Source of the DNA: a virus
Taxonomy: Duplodnaviria; Caudoviricetes
Virus record (IMG/VR): IMGVR_UViG_3300013121_000013
Location: 91,647 to 155,646 of that record
DNA: 64,000 nucleotides
Reading direction: 5' to 3' (one strand)
A program made the position numbers and the translations under genes. Position 1 is the first letter of the stretch. Every line of letters starts with the position of its first letter. Of the stretch, positions 20,023-29,780 are shown in pieces. The notes beneath the pieces were generated by a model. It searched no databases and was not told where the DNA came from. It saw only the letters and a program-made list of their open reading frames with translations.

Positions 20023-21525
20023 ATGAGACGACCAAGAATACTAGTAATGGGCGACGCTATGCTAGATGTTTACAAGCATTGCGTCGGAGCGAGGGTATCG
20101 CCAGAATCGCCATCTCTTATTGGAAGACTTCAGAGAACATCCTATTTTCCTGGAGGCGCAGCCAATGTGGCTTCTAACCTGGCAACTTTAGGTGCAAGAG
20201 TTCAGTTTATATACGTCTGTCAAAGTGGCGAATCTAATACACTTCTTCAAAATTCATTTCCTTATTCTCCCGAACCTGTTCGGTTTACAAATATAGAGCC
20301 TCCCGTAAATACCGCACTTATTAGAAAGACTAGATTTGTTATTTCTGACAAGCAAGTCTTTAGAGAAGATCTAGAGCCAGCATCGGTCAGCGATTTATAT
20401 TTTCAAAAAAAATTCTATCAAAAAGTTATAGGGGTGTTCGGAGAGGCTGTTAGAGAATTTGATCCAGATTGTGTGGTCTTATCCGATTATTTAAAAGGAT
20501 GTCTAGTAGCGCCAGAAACAACTCACTACATCTCTCAGAGAGGTGGACTTGTATTTGTTGATACTAAAGACAAGGACTGGAGAAGGTTTACAGGGGCTTT
20601 TTGTATCAAAGTAAATCAGTTTGAATTTGCTAATGTTAATCAGTATACATTTGAAGATGCCAAAATAGATGAAAGAGCTGTTCTGAGAAGATTCAGACTT
20701 GGCAATATAGTAGTAACAAGAGGCGAAGAAGGAATGTCTTGGTATGGAAGTGATATACAGGAAATGCATCTTAAACCGGAACATACAAATCAGGCAGTAG
20801 ATGTAACAGGGGCTGGAGATACAGTCCTAGCTGCTTTGGCGTACAGGCAAGCTATGCACTCTATGGAAAAGGGTGTAGAGACTGGTTCAAGAAATCTGCC
20901 ATTCCAAGAAGACACTTTAAAGTTTGCATCTGTTGCTGCAGGCATTGCTGTTAGTCATCCTGGCACAACCTCTGTTTATGGGGTAGAAGTATTAACAAAG
21001 TTTCGAGGTACAGACGGTAAGATTTTTAGAGAGGATAGTGACTCTATAGTTGATCTTAATAGTCTCATAAGGTGCTGGAAGTCTCGGAACTATACTATAG
21101 CATTTACCAATGGTTGTTTTGATCTGTTCCATACAGGCCATATGAATATTATAAACAAGTGTTCAGACCTTGCGGATAAAGTTGTGGTTGCCATAAACAA
21201 TGACGAATCTATCTCTTCGTTAAAAGGGTCAACGAGACCTATTGTTGATGAGGTGGAAAGAGCTCGATTGCTTGCCGCTATGGAGGTTGTAGACGCTGTT
21301 ATTATTTTTAATAGCGTGTCTCCTTTAAAGATGATCGAGTTGGTTTCTCCTGACTTCCTAGTAAAGGGAGATGATTATAGAGAATCTGACATTATTGGGT
21401 CCAGTTATGTTAGAGATAGAGGAGGGAAAGTGGTTATTATTCCAAGAGTCAGTAATAACTCAACTACTGGAATTATTTCAAAAGTCTTTAATAACCATAG
21501 TAAGAATTTAGAAGGAACAAGATAG
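20023..21525 (+). CDS. hldE: bifunctional heptose-7-phosphate kinase / heptose-1-phosphate adenylyltransferase
   Basis: GDAMLD, RVSPESP, GGAANVA, SDYLKG, DVTGAGDT (PfkB), then FTNGCFDLFHTGH, LKGSTRP, LVKGDDY, STTGII. Confidence 0.92.
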   Translation: MRRPRILVMGDAMLDVYKHCVGARVSPESPSLIGRLQRTSYFPGGAANVASNLATLGARVQFIYVCQSGESNTLLQNSFPYSPEPVRFTNIEPPVNTALIRKTRFVISDKQVFREDLEPASVSDLYFQKKFYQKVIGVFGEAVREFDPDCVVLSDYLKGCLVAPETTHYISQRGGLVFVDTKDKDWRRFTGAFCIKVNQFEFANVNQYTFEDAKIDERAVLRRFRLGNIVVTRGEEGMSWYGSDIQEMHLKPEHTNQAVDVTGAGDTVLAALAYRQAMHSMEKGVETGSRNLPFQEDTLKFASVAAGIAVSHPGTTSVYGVEVLTKFRGTDGKIFREDSDSIVDLNSLIRCWKSRNYTIAFTNGCFDLFHTGHMNIINKCSDLADKVVVAINNDESISSLKGSTRPIVDEVERARLLAAMEVVDAVIIFNSVSPLKMIELVSPDFLVKGDDYRESDIIGSSYVRDRGGKVVIIPRVSNNSTTGIISKVFNNHSKNLEGTR

Positions 21526-21842
21526 TGGGCAGACCAGCATTAACGATTATTCATATTAACAAGCATATAATCACTAGTAATATTAAGAACAAATCTAAAA
21601 AGCATCCTATAACATTTAAAAGAAAGAGTGGGGGTAAAGCTAGCTATACAAGCTGCGCTGTCATTGTGGACGAGAATGGCAAAGAGGTGGCTAGAGTTGT
21701 TTATAGGCCTGATAACCCCCTAGGGTGCGGTGCCAGATGTTGGATAGAGACTAGAAATAAAGTGGTCAAAGAAGAGGAATTGGAATCTAGCCAAAAAGAA
21801 TTGGAGAATGATAAATGCATCTCTTCTTGCTCATTAGCCTAG
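21525..21842 (+). CDS. conserved phage hypothetical protein
   Basis: IIHINKHII...VVYRPDNPLGCGARCWIET. Confidence 0.6.
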   Translation: MGRPALTIIHINKHIITSNIKNKSKKHPITFKRKSGGKASYTSCAVIVDENGKEVARVVYRPDNPLGCGARCWIETRNKVVKEEELESSQKELENDKCISSCSLA

Positions 21843-21884
21843 TAGTGTCAGTAGTTCTTATCGAAATTTATTTGGCTAAAAATT

Positions 21885-22697
21885 TTGTCGATAGAAGATT
21901 TAATAGGAACTAAGGAGATAGAAATGAAAATCATAAAAGAGCCCTCTGTATATTTGATTGGCCAGCAAACTATAAACGACGATGCCTTAAACAAATTTCT
22001 CAAAGATCATGAAGTATCATGGTCAACTGATACAGATGTAGCTGCGGAAGTTTTATGCGAAACAGCTGGGCGTGTATGTTATATGAGTTTTGCTGCTCCA
22101 AGACCTGGAGGTAATTCTGCGTATTTAAAACATATTAAAGAAGTTGGACACGGCTCTGTACTTGAACATTCTGTTTGGAATTTTATCATAACTGGTGTTT
22201 CAAGATCTCTTACACACGAGTTTGTACGACATCGAGCCGGCTTTGGTTACAGTCAATTAAGCCAGAGGTATGTAGACGAGAGTGTGGCGGAATACGTAGA
22301 ACCTGATTGCATTGCGGAAGATCCAGAATTACACAGCGTTTGGCTGGAAGCCGTAACTCACGCTCACTCGTGCTATGAAAAGCTTAGTGCAATGTTAAGT
22401 AAAAAATTCTCTGGTATAGAAGATAAGACACAGAAGAGGAAGATGGCTAGACAAGCTGCTCGTAGCGTTCTACCAAATGCTACAGAGACTAAAATGTTCG
22501 TTACAGCTAATGGACGAGCTCTAAGACACTTTATAGAGATGCGAGCTAGCGCCAGCGCTGATCCAGAGATTAGAAAGTTGGCTGTAGAGCTATGGAAAGT
22601 ATTGGTAAATAATGCTCCAAATTTATTTGGAGATTATCGACAAGTTAAACTAGAAGACGGAAGCATAGCTCTAGATTCTAACTTCAAAAAGGTTTAA
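21885..22697 (+). CDS. thyX: FAD-dependent thymidylate synthase
   Basis: AGRVCYMS, GHGSVLEH, SRSLTHEFVRHR, SQLSQRY, ARSVLPN; probable start MKIIKEP. Confidence 0.95.
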   Translation: MSIEDLIGTKEIEMKIIKEPSVYLIGQQTINDDALNKFLKDHEVSWSTDTDVAAEVLCETAGRVCYMSFAAPRPGGNSAYLKHIKEVGHGSVLEHSVWNFIITGVSRSLTHEFVRHRAGFGYSQLSQRYVDESVAEYVEPDCIAEDPELHSVWLEAVTHAHSCYEKLSAMLSKKFSGIEDKTQKRKMARQAARSVLPNATETKMFVTANGRALRHFIEMRASASADPEIRKLAVELWKVLVNNAPNLFGDYRQVKLEDGSIALDSNFKKV

Positions 22698-22698
22698 A

Positions 22699-23559
22699 AT
22701 GAGGCCGTTTGAAAGACCAGACATTTTTAAGCCTATTAAGCCATCTTCTAAACTAGCTGAGATTCTGCCCAATAAAAATCTCTCTTCTTTAACAAAAAAA
22801 GAGCTTAATATTAAGAAAAAAGATAGAAAGAAAGTGGCCTCTTATGCCAGAGTTGTATGCTGTGACGGCGACGAGGTTCATTATATTGGATTATCGAAAA
22901 AGGGAAGATTCATAAGCTTTAATCATTCTATTAAAGAGCTAGAGGCAGACGCAGCTCATGCATGCCTTGGAGGGCAACCGTGCGGCTGTACAAAGATGTA
23001 TATGAAGCTAAGGGCTGTGTTTGATTGGCTTAAGTTCAGTCAAGACGACTCAGACTTTGTGTATTCTAAAAAAGATAGATGGAAAGCTATAGTTGAAACT
23101 CCAAATCTTTATAATGTCGAGGACAATGGTGTATACGATTATGGTCATAGAACGTTTTTGTACGGCTTTAATAAATCATTCTTTGAAAAGTTAGTACGAT
23201 CAGTAGCAGTTAAGTATAGACGACACATTAAAGCTTTGCATAAAAATAATAAAATCTTTGTTTATATTGATTCTAATATAATGGTATCTTCTTCAAAATC
23301 TCAGCCATTTGATTTGAATAGGTCGTCTATAGAGTTCACAGCAGAACAGTTAAAAATACTGGGCTGTATAACTCAGGCTATATGCGGTGACGTTGAAGCT
23401 AGAGAGATGACCTTTTTAAGTCCTATCCCTTTAAGTGCCGCTGTGGCAGGAATATTAAGAAGATATAGGCATTTGTGCTTTTTACTTCTAGATGCGAGTT
23501 TAACCAGCCTTAAAGAGAGAAATACTAATTCTGATTTTATATGTAGGTACGTATTTTGA
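22699..23559 (+). CDS. hypothetical, C-H-H-C paralog family member 6
   Basis: CCDGDEVHYIGLSKKGRFISFNHSIKELEA...LGGQPCGC. Confidence 0.72.
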   Translation: MRPFERPDIFKPIKPSSKLAEILPNKNLSSLTKKELNIKKKDRKKVASYARVVCCDGDEVHYIGLSKKGRFISFNHSIKELEADAAHACLGGQPCGCTKMYMKLRAVFDWLKFSQDDSDFVYSKKDRWKAIVETPNLYNVEDNGVYDYGHRTFLYGFNKSFFEKLVRSVAVKYRRHIKALHKNNKIFVYIDSNIMVSSSKSQPFDLNRSSIEFTAEQLKILGCITQAICGDVEAREMTFLSPIPLSAAVAGILRRYRHLCFLLLDASLTSLKERNTNSDFICRYVF

Positions 23560-23571
23560 ATCGGAGATACA

Positions 23572-24699
23572 GTGTCTAAACCAATTTTTGTAGTAAGTGC
23601 TGATTGGCATTTAGAGAGATATGCCTGGGCTAAGTACCCTGACTTGGCTGGAGATGCATATTTCGGGCTAGAACAGTTAATTCAGTACTGTGTAGAACAC
23701 GAGCTTCCACTTGTAGCGGCTGGAGATTTATTTGAAAAGAACTATCCAGATTCTTTGTCTGTAAATGTAGCTCATAGAGCTATGTCGTTAATGGAGTCTA
23801 AATCTTTACCTGTATATTTTATACAGGGTCAACACGAAATGGTGAGAGAGCAGCCCTGGCTAGGTATTCATAAGTGGCCGATTCACGTCCATAAGAAGTT
23901 ATTTCAAATAGAGGATTATCTTCTATATGGATTGGACTACCAGAGATCTGACACCATAGGCAGTGAATTAAAACAGATACCAAAAAACTCAGATATCCTT
24001 GTTGCCCATCAAGTTTGGCACGACTTCATGGGCAATATAGGTAAGCCAGAATGTTCTTCATCGGATGTTCCTCATGTTCGATATATAGTGACTGGCGATT
24101 TCCATAAGCTAGTCCTTGCATCGGGCGTTGGATCCACGCATCAGAATTTAAAGATTATCTCACCCGGGCCTTTGTGTCTACAGTCAACTAGTGAACCTGT
24201 AGATAAGTTCTTTTTGATATTTCATTCTGACGGAGAAGTTACGACTCAGAAGTTAAAGACAAGGCCATTCTATAAGCATGTCATTTCAAGAGGAATAGAT
24301 TGGGATGCCTGGCATGTATTCCTAGAAAGAGATTGTAAACCAGGAGATGAAGATTTACCGGAAAATATTAGAAAGCCAATTTTGTATATCAAATATCCGG
24401 CCGATATGAAAAATGCTTATGAAAAGATATTAAGAATAGTAGAAGATAAATATCATTTATTCCTTAATCCTATTTCCGAATACCAACCAAGTCTGGTGTT
24501 AGCAGATGCAGAAGAGAGAAAAGAACAAGCATCGGTTGACGTTCAAGGATGCTTGGCCAAGACAATTGATGCACTCTTCGGAGAATCTTCAAAAAAGGGT
24601 AAAGATGTCTTCGAGTGTGTCTCCAGGCTACTTGAACGTGAACTGCATGGATCTTCTAAAGAGGAGCTCCAAATTATGGAACGCGACATGGATAGATAA
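23572..24699 (+). CDS. SbcD/Mre11-like nuclease (gp47-like)
   Basis: SADWHL, AGDLFE, QGQHE, VAHQ, TGDFH metallophosphoesterase motifs; near SbcC-like gene. Confidence 0.82.
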   Translation: MSKPIFVVSADWHLERYAWAKYPDLAGDAYFGLEQLIQYCVEHELPLVAAGDLFEKNYPDSLSVNVAHRAMSLMESKSLPVYFIQGQHEMVREQPWLGIHKWPIHVHKKLFQIEDYLLYGLDYQRSDTIGSELKQIPKNSDILVAHQVWHDFMGNIGKPECSSSDVPHVRYIVTGDFHKLVLASGVGSTHQNLKIISPGPLCLQSTSEPVDKFFLIFHSDGEVTTQKLKTRPFYKHVISRGIDWDAWHVFLERDCKPGDEDLPENIRKPILYIKYPADMKNAYEKILRIVEDKYHLFLNPISEYQPSLVLADAEERKEQASVDVQGCLAKTIDALFGESSKKGKDVFECVSRLLERELHGSSKEELQIMERDMDR

Positions 24700-25717
24700 T
24701 GAATATATTTATTTCTATAAGTCTAGCTCTGCTTTCGTTAAAGACTGTGACGGAAAGCATAAAGACTTGATGCAATATTTAAAATCTAGACACTCTATTA
24801 GAGGTCTACCCAGATCTCAGAGATCTGAAGTTGTTGAGTCTATAACTGTTGAGTGCGGTAAAGAGAAGTGCCAGCACTTTGTTTCTAGAAAAAAGAACGG
24901 TCGATTAGTACTGGTCAATCACAAGAACTTTCTTAAAGAAGAAAGAGTATTATACGCACTTGGTGACAGAAGTTGTACATGTGTGTCAGTACTTGAAAAA
25001 GTTAAGAACTTGCCTTCAAAAGGGCCTTTAACAGACAACTCTCTATCAGAGATGATTTCTGAGATGTATAAGATACAAGATTTAAGAAAGCGTACACGCC
25101 AATCATATCTTATAGATTCAGATAATTGTTCAGATCTTAGCGATCCTCTGAAGTTATCGTTGATGTGTAGGGCGGCTTTGACATCGGTCTCTGCTGCAAC
25201 AATGGCTTTTTCTAAATTTTGTTATCCGTATGTAGATGAGAATACAGATGTAGAATTTTACTCTATTGTTATGTCTAGTGAGATACCTCTAGATAGCGAA
25301 AAGACTAATCATTATGCTATTTCATTTAAAAGTCTTAAAAAAGACAATACAATTAACTTAACCAAGGATGGTATAGTCTCGGTCGTACGCTCATATAAAG
25401 TTAATAGTAGAAAAACCAGTCAATACAATTGCCCAGAATCTGCTTCTACAGTTTTTATATTAATTGATCCTATGCTATATTTTTGGACTAAGAAGATTGG
25501 ATTTTCTTCTATAAATCAAAATCTAGTTCTACATTACATTTCACAATATAGAAAAAGAGACGAAATTATATATGAGCTGGTTGTATTGAAGCCAGAAAGA
25601 AGAGGTCAAGAATTTAATCCGTGGGTGGCTACAGTTAAGTCTAACGGAAGTAAACTGTATGACCTTCAGTTCGTAAAGAGAGTAAAGAGATATAGAGATG
25701 TCGTTAAACCCAGATAA
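24506..25717 (+). CDS. hypothetical, C-H-H-C paralog family member 7
   Basis: VECGKEKCQHFVSRKKNGRLVLVNH...EERVLYALGDRSCTC; true start likely downstream of the track start. Confidence 0.7.
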   Translation: MQKREKNKHRLTFKDAWPRQLMHSSENLQKRVKMSSSVSPGYLNVNCMDLLKRSSKLWNATWIDNEYIYFYKSSSAFVKDCDGKHKDLMQYLKSRHSIRGLPRSQRSEVVESITVECGKEKCQHFVSRKKNGRLVLVNHKNFLKEERVLYALGDRSCTCVSVLEKVKNLPSKGPLTDNSLSEMISEMYKIQDLRKRTRQSYLIDSDNCSDLSDPLKLSLMCRAALTSVSAATMAFSKFCYPYVDENTDVEFYSIVMSSEIPLDSEKTNHYAISFKSLKKDNTINLTKDGIVSVVRSYKVNSRKTSQYNCPESASTVFILIDPMLYFWTKKIGFSSINQNLVLHYISQYRKRDEIIYELVVLKPERRGQEFNPWVATVKSNGSKLYDLQFVKRVKRYRDVVKPR

Positions 25718-26033
25718 TATTTTTGAACAACATGGTTCGTTATTTCCAACTTGTAAAGTATTTAAAATTGTTGTTAGGTGTGTAGGAGGAGAGGAACACT
25801 TTATAATCGTAGATCTAGAGAATAATAAGTTATCGTTTGTAGATCATCCAGATATGGGTGAGGACTTACTAAACAGAGAAAAAGTATTATCTTCATTAAG
25901 TGGAGAACCACTTAATGGTTGTTTCTTGGCTTACAAATCCTGGCTAGAGGACGATCCAGATTCGTCACCGGTTGCCTTACGTCCTCATGTGCTATCTAAA
26001 ATATATACAGGACTACCGAAGATAATAATTTAG
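25698..26033 (+). CDS. hypothetical, C-H-H-C paralog family member 8 (short)
   Basis: VRCVGGEEHFII...KLSFVDH...REKVLSSLSGEPLNGCF. Confidence 0.72.
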   Translation: MSLNPDNIFEQHGSLFPTCKVFKIVVRCVGGEEHFIIVDLENNKLSFVDHPDMGEDLLNREKVLSSLSGEPLNGCFLAYKSWLEDDPDSSPVALRPHVLSKIYTGLPKIII

Positions 26034-26063
26034 ACGATTGTTCATTGGTTTTGAGGAATTATA

Positions 26064-28208
26064 ATGAGGCTTATAACTGCTGAGTTTAAGAATTTTTGCC
26101 AGCACAAAGATTTGAAGATAGATTTTACGCCCAATCTAAACGCTATATTAGGGCCTAATGGGGCAGGAAAGACTAATCTTTTAAACGGTATCTATTTTGC
26201 CTTAACAGGCGAAATGCGCGGCCATGGCATTAATTCTGACAATATTAATCAGTTAGCTGACAAGACAGCCCCTTCTTATGTAAAACTTAGGTTTGAACAT
26301 GCTGGTTTAAAAGCAGAGATATGCAGAGGCTTGCAAAATGTTGGGTCTACTCTTGAGATAAATGGGCAGAAGAAGATCACAAAAGTAAATGATATAAACG
26401 ATAAGATAGAGGAAGTAATAGGACTGCCAAGAAAGATTATTTCAGACTTCATATTTATAGAGCAAAATAAGGTATCTTCGTTCTTGTCAATGCGGCCGTC
26501 TGACAGAGCCATAGCCTTGCAGAGATTGTTTGGAACTCACTATTGCGAGCGATTGTGGACGACTATAGGTGAGTATATGAAAGGCGTGGTAGTACCTTCG
26601 CCTAGAATAGATATAGATGTTGTTAATAAGAGAATAATTACTGTCAGAGAACGTCTGAGCAAGCTTTCAGATAGTTTACAATCTTGTCCTGTTCCAGAAG
26701 ACTGGGATATAAAATCTGACCCAGATTTTTTATTGAAATCTAGATGGGAAAAGGGAGAAGATCTTAAACATGAAATAAAAGAATTAAAAGATAATCTTTC
26801 AATACTTGGATATACTCTATCTCAAACCGAAGATTCTATAAAAGACCTTAATGATAAGATTATAGGAATTGATAGAGAGATAGAGTCTCTAGAGTTAGAC
26901 AAATATAGGTCTATATTAGACAGATGGAAGTTATATGACAAAATGACTTCTACTAGAGAACGTCTAGAAGCTGAGTTAGAGTCTCTAGAAAAGGAGTGGA
27001 AAGAACAGAAAAATCCTGGACCAGCGCCAGAATTAATAATAAAAGAAGAAGAGCTAGTCAAATTCTTTAATGCCACCAAAGAATTAGAAATAGAGCTACA
27101 TAATCTAAACACATTTTTGAAGTCTATAAATAAGGTAAACGATACAGCTATATGCCCGACTTGCTCATCTGAGATACCAGCAACTGATATATTGAAGAAG
27201 TCTGAAAGATTTAACATCCTAAAAGAGGAAGTTTCTAGTCGTAAAAATAGACTTAAGATCTCAAAAGATTATTTTGATTCCGTAGCTGCATATAGATCAT
27301 GGACTCTAGACTATAAGTCGAGAGCTACGAAGCTAGCAGAGAGAATGGAAGAAATTTCTGATTTCATGACACCTCCTGAAGTGTCAAAGGAGGAGTCTGA
27401 AGAGGCAATTAATAGATATAAGATATTGTCTAAACAAAAGAAGGAATACTTATCTAAGCTCAAGATTTTAGAGTCTTCATCTATTAGCAGTAAGGCCAGG
27501 ATTGATATTTTAAAGGATTCTCTCATAGCCAAACAAAAATGTTTGGACGAACTTGATTTGCCAGATGACATAGAATCTGCTTCTAGAGAGTCTGAAGAGA
27601 TATTAAAGATAAAAGAAAAAGCCTATAAAGAAAGATTAAGGATGATCGCAGAAATGCAGTCCCTTAGCGAAGCTCTTGAGTTAGATGAGAAATCAGCTCT
27701 AGATGCTAGTAAGATTCTAGTAAAGGCTAGTAAGTATAGGAATTGGCTAGATATATTGGAAGGCGCAAGAATGGTACTACATAAAGAAGCTCTTCCAAAG
27801 CTAATTTCTCATAAGTATCTGCTAGCTCTTGAAAACGATATAAATAGTATTCTTGAAGAGCTGAGCGCTGCTTTTAGGGTTAAAACAAGTGACGATTTAA
27901 ACTTTATAGCTAAATTTTCTAACGGGTATATAACTAGAGGCGAGCGTCTATCGACTGGTCAGAAATCAATACTATCGATTGCAATGAGAATAGTCGTAAA
28001 CGCGACCTTTGCAGGAGATATAGGTCTTCTCTCCTTAGACGAACCTACAGAAGGACTCGACTCAGACAATTTACAAGGGTTAGAAATCGCTCTTAGACGC
28101 CTTCAATCTTTATCTAGAGATAGGGGATTACAATGTTTACTAGTAACACATGAAAAAGCGCTGGAGCCGTTGTTCGACAATGTAATAACTCTATCAGCGC
28201 CTGTGTAA
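26064..28208 (+). CDS. SbcC/Rad50-like SMC ATPase (gp46-like)
   Basis: GPNGAGKT Walker A, coiled coils, CPTC zinc hook, LSTGQ signature, LSLDEPT, LVTH. Confidence 0.92.
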   Translation: MRLITAEFKNFCQHKDLKIDFTPNLNAILGPNGAGKTNLLNGIYFALTGEMRGHGINSDNINQLADKTAPSYVKLRFEHAGLKAEICRGLQNVGSTLEINGQKKITKVNDINDKIEEVIGLPRKIISDFIFIEQNKVSSFLSMRPSDRAIALQRLFGTHYCERLWTTIGEYMKGVVVPSPRIDIDVVNKRIITVRERLSKLSDSLQSCPVPEDWDIKSDPDFLLKSRWEKGEDLKHEIKELKDNLSILGYTLSQTEDSIKDLNDKIIGIDREIESLELDKYRSILDRWKLYDKMTSTRERLEAELESLEKEWKEQKNPGPAPELIIKEEELVKFFNATKELEIELHNLNTFLKSINKVNDTAICPTCSSEIPATDILKKSERFNILKEEVSSRKNRLKISKDYFDSVAAYRSWTLDYKSRATKLAERMEEISDFMTPPEVSKEESEEAINRYKILSKQKKEYLSKLKILESSSISSKARIDILKDSLIAKQKCLDELDLPDDIESASRESEEILKIKEKAYKERLRMIAEMQSLSEALELDEKSALDASKILVKASKYRNWLDILEGARMVLHKEALPKLISHKYLLALENDINSILEELSAAFRVKTSDDLNFIAKFSNGYITRGERLSTGQKSILSIAMRIVVNATFAGDIGLLSLDEPTEGLDSDNLQGLEIALRRLQSLSRDRGLQCLLVTHEKALEPLFDNVITLSAPV

Positions 28209-28217
28209 GGGGCTTTA

Positions 28218-29129
28218 ATGTCAAATTTTTCGGATAAAAAAATTCTACGCTTAGCTACATCAAAAGATAAGGAAGAAGTATGGATGATGCCAGGAGACGA
28301 ACCTCCGACAAATTCTGAACTTTCTCCAGTAAATTTTGTAAAAAGCTTATCTGACTCTAAACTTAAATATCCTAAAATACAGGTCGTTGGTTCAAAACAA
28401 AATATAGAGTTATTAATTCTTATACACGAGGCAAAGAAGAAATCTAAGATAGATATTTCTTCTATGGAGGTATGCACTCCTCTGTGTTGTGCTAACTCTC
28501 AGCAAAGGGATGACACCACCGCCACACTTTATGCAATGCGAAGATGGACAAAATGGCCATCTAGTAAAGGCGGATGGCATAATTTCACAGACTATGACTA
28601 CATAGTGTATAAGCTTGCGCTTGAATCTGATTTGAATAAATTGACTATTCCTAAAGAAAATGTAGAAGAATTTAAATCAAAGCATCCTCTTTGGACTTAT
28701 CTTTCATTTATTCCAACTATAGATGAAAAGTATAGTTCAATTTTGGTCGGCCTAATACTTGATCCAAGATGGTATATTGACATTACTAATCCAGATAGAG
28801 TTTCTAAATTAGAATCATTTCTCGGTATAGGGTCTAAAAGTAGATATAAGAAAAGGTATGAACTTCTAGAAAAAGCGTGGTCAAATAAATCAAACTTTAA
28901 TAATAAAGATCTAGAGAACCCAAGGAACTTTTTATTGAGAGAGGCCAAGGGCTTAACCTGCGATAAAGGTATGTTACGGGCATCTCGTAAATTTTTGTCA
29001 TATCTGAGGCTGTGTTGGTTAAATTTAATATATCCAAAACCTACAGAGTCGTTGTTTGATCCTGGTTTATTTTTTTCAACAAAGAGCGAAGTATCTGAAT
29101 TCAATAATTATATGAAAAGTTTTAGATAG
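28218..29129 (+). CDS. hypothetical with IS110-transposase/Nop-like segment
   Basis: LSFIPTIDEKYSSILVGLILDPRWY...VSKLESFLGI resembles the IS110 family C-terminal domain. Confidence 0.5.
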   Translation: MSNFSDKKILRLATSKDKEEVWMMPGDEPPTNSELSPVNFVKSLSDSKLKYPKIQVVGSKQNIELLILIHEAKKKSKIDISSMEVCTPLCCANSQQRDDTTATLYAMRRWTKWPSSKGGWHNFTDYDYIVYKLALESDLNKLTIPKENVEEFKSKHPLWTYLSFIPTIDEKYSSILVGLILDPRWYIDITNPDRVSKLESFLGIGSKSRYKKRYELLEKAWSNKSNFNNKDLENPRNFLLREAKGLTCDKGMLRASRKFLSYLRLCWLNLIYPKPTESLFDPGLFFSTKSEVSEFNNYMKSFR

Positions 29130-29149
29130 TTTCTTGAAAGGATCATAAA

Positions 29150-29461
29150 ATGTCTGTCGTGTGTCCAGACGTAGACACTTCTTCTGAGATTAAGCTTCTA
29201 CCGCCCTATGCAGTAGTGATACTGAACGATGATCATCATTCGTTTGAATTCGTTGTAGGAGTTCTTATGAAAGTTATAAAGTGTAAAGTGGAAGACGCAG
29301 TAAATTTCGCTAAAACAGCACATGAACAAGGAAGGGCTATTGTTTGGACCGGATCAAAAGAAGTTGCCGAGCTCAAAAAAGAGCAAATTCTTACCTTCCA
29401 CGAACAGAGAGCTGATATTGGAGATATTGGTCCTTTGGGTGTTGACTTGGAACCAGTTTGA
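29150..29461 (+). CDS. clpS: ATP-dependent Clp protease adaptor ClpS
   Basis: PPYAVVILNDDHHSFEFVV...AHEQGRAIVWTGSKEVAELK. Confidence 0.9.
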   Translation: MSVVCPDVDTSSEIKLLPPYAVVILNDDHHSFEFVVGVLMKVIKCKVEDAVNFAKTAHEQGRAIVWTGSKEVAELKKEQILTFHEQRADIGDIGPLGVDLEPV

Positions 29462-29507
29462 TATTATGATTCTAACCTGCTATATGAACCTATTATGGCA
29501 GGTTATT

Positions 29508-29579
29508 GCCGGTATGGTGTAGTTGGTAACGCGCCTGTTTTGTACACAGGAGTCAGGGGTTCGATTCCTCTTACCGGCT
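29508..29579 (+). tRNA. tRNA-Thr(TGT)
   Basis: GCCGGTA/TACCGGC acceptor, CCTGT-TTTGTAC-ACAGG, TTCGATT T-loop. Confidence 0.85.
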
Positions 29580-29582
29580 TTT

Positions 29583-29654
29583 GCGGCTAAGGTGTTTTTG
29601 GAGGCACGCTACTTTGCCATAGTAGAAGACTCGGTTCAAGTCCGTGTAGCCGCA
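29583..29654 (+). tRNA. tRNA-Gly(GCC)
   Basis: GCGGCTA/TAGCCGC, CTACT-TTGCCAT-AGTAG, TTCAAGT. Confidence 0.82.
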
Positions 29655-29661
29655 TATGCAC

Positions 29662-29735
29662 TCCCGAGTAGCTCAATCAGGTAGAGCAGAAAGCTGTTAA
29701 CTTTAAGGTCGCAGGTTCGAGTCCTGCCTCGGGAG
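29662..29735 (+). tRNA. tRNA-Asn(GTT)
   Basis: TCCCGAG/CTCGGGA, canonical D arm, CTGTTAA loop, TTCGAGT. Confidence 0.92.
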
Positions 29736-29780
29736 CTTATACAATTTACTATAACCTGATTGTTTAATAGGTAATAGTTA

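Noticed and set aside
14469-22697. Uracil- or hmU-substituted genome suggested by dcd and the UDG-like domain
   Set aside because: ThyX is intact and no dUMP hydroxymethylase is visible in this window.
28100-29500. TIGR-like array or IS ends beside the IS110/Nop-like gene
   Set aside because: Flanks are the sbcC-like gene and clpS with only 9-20 nt gaps; no tandem repeats visible.
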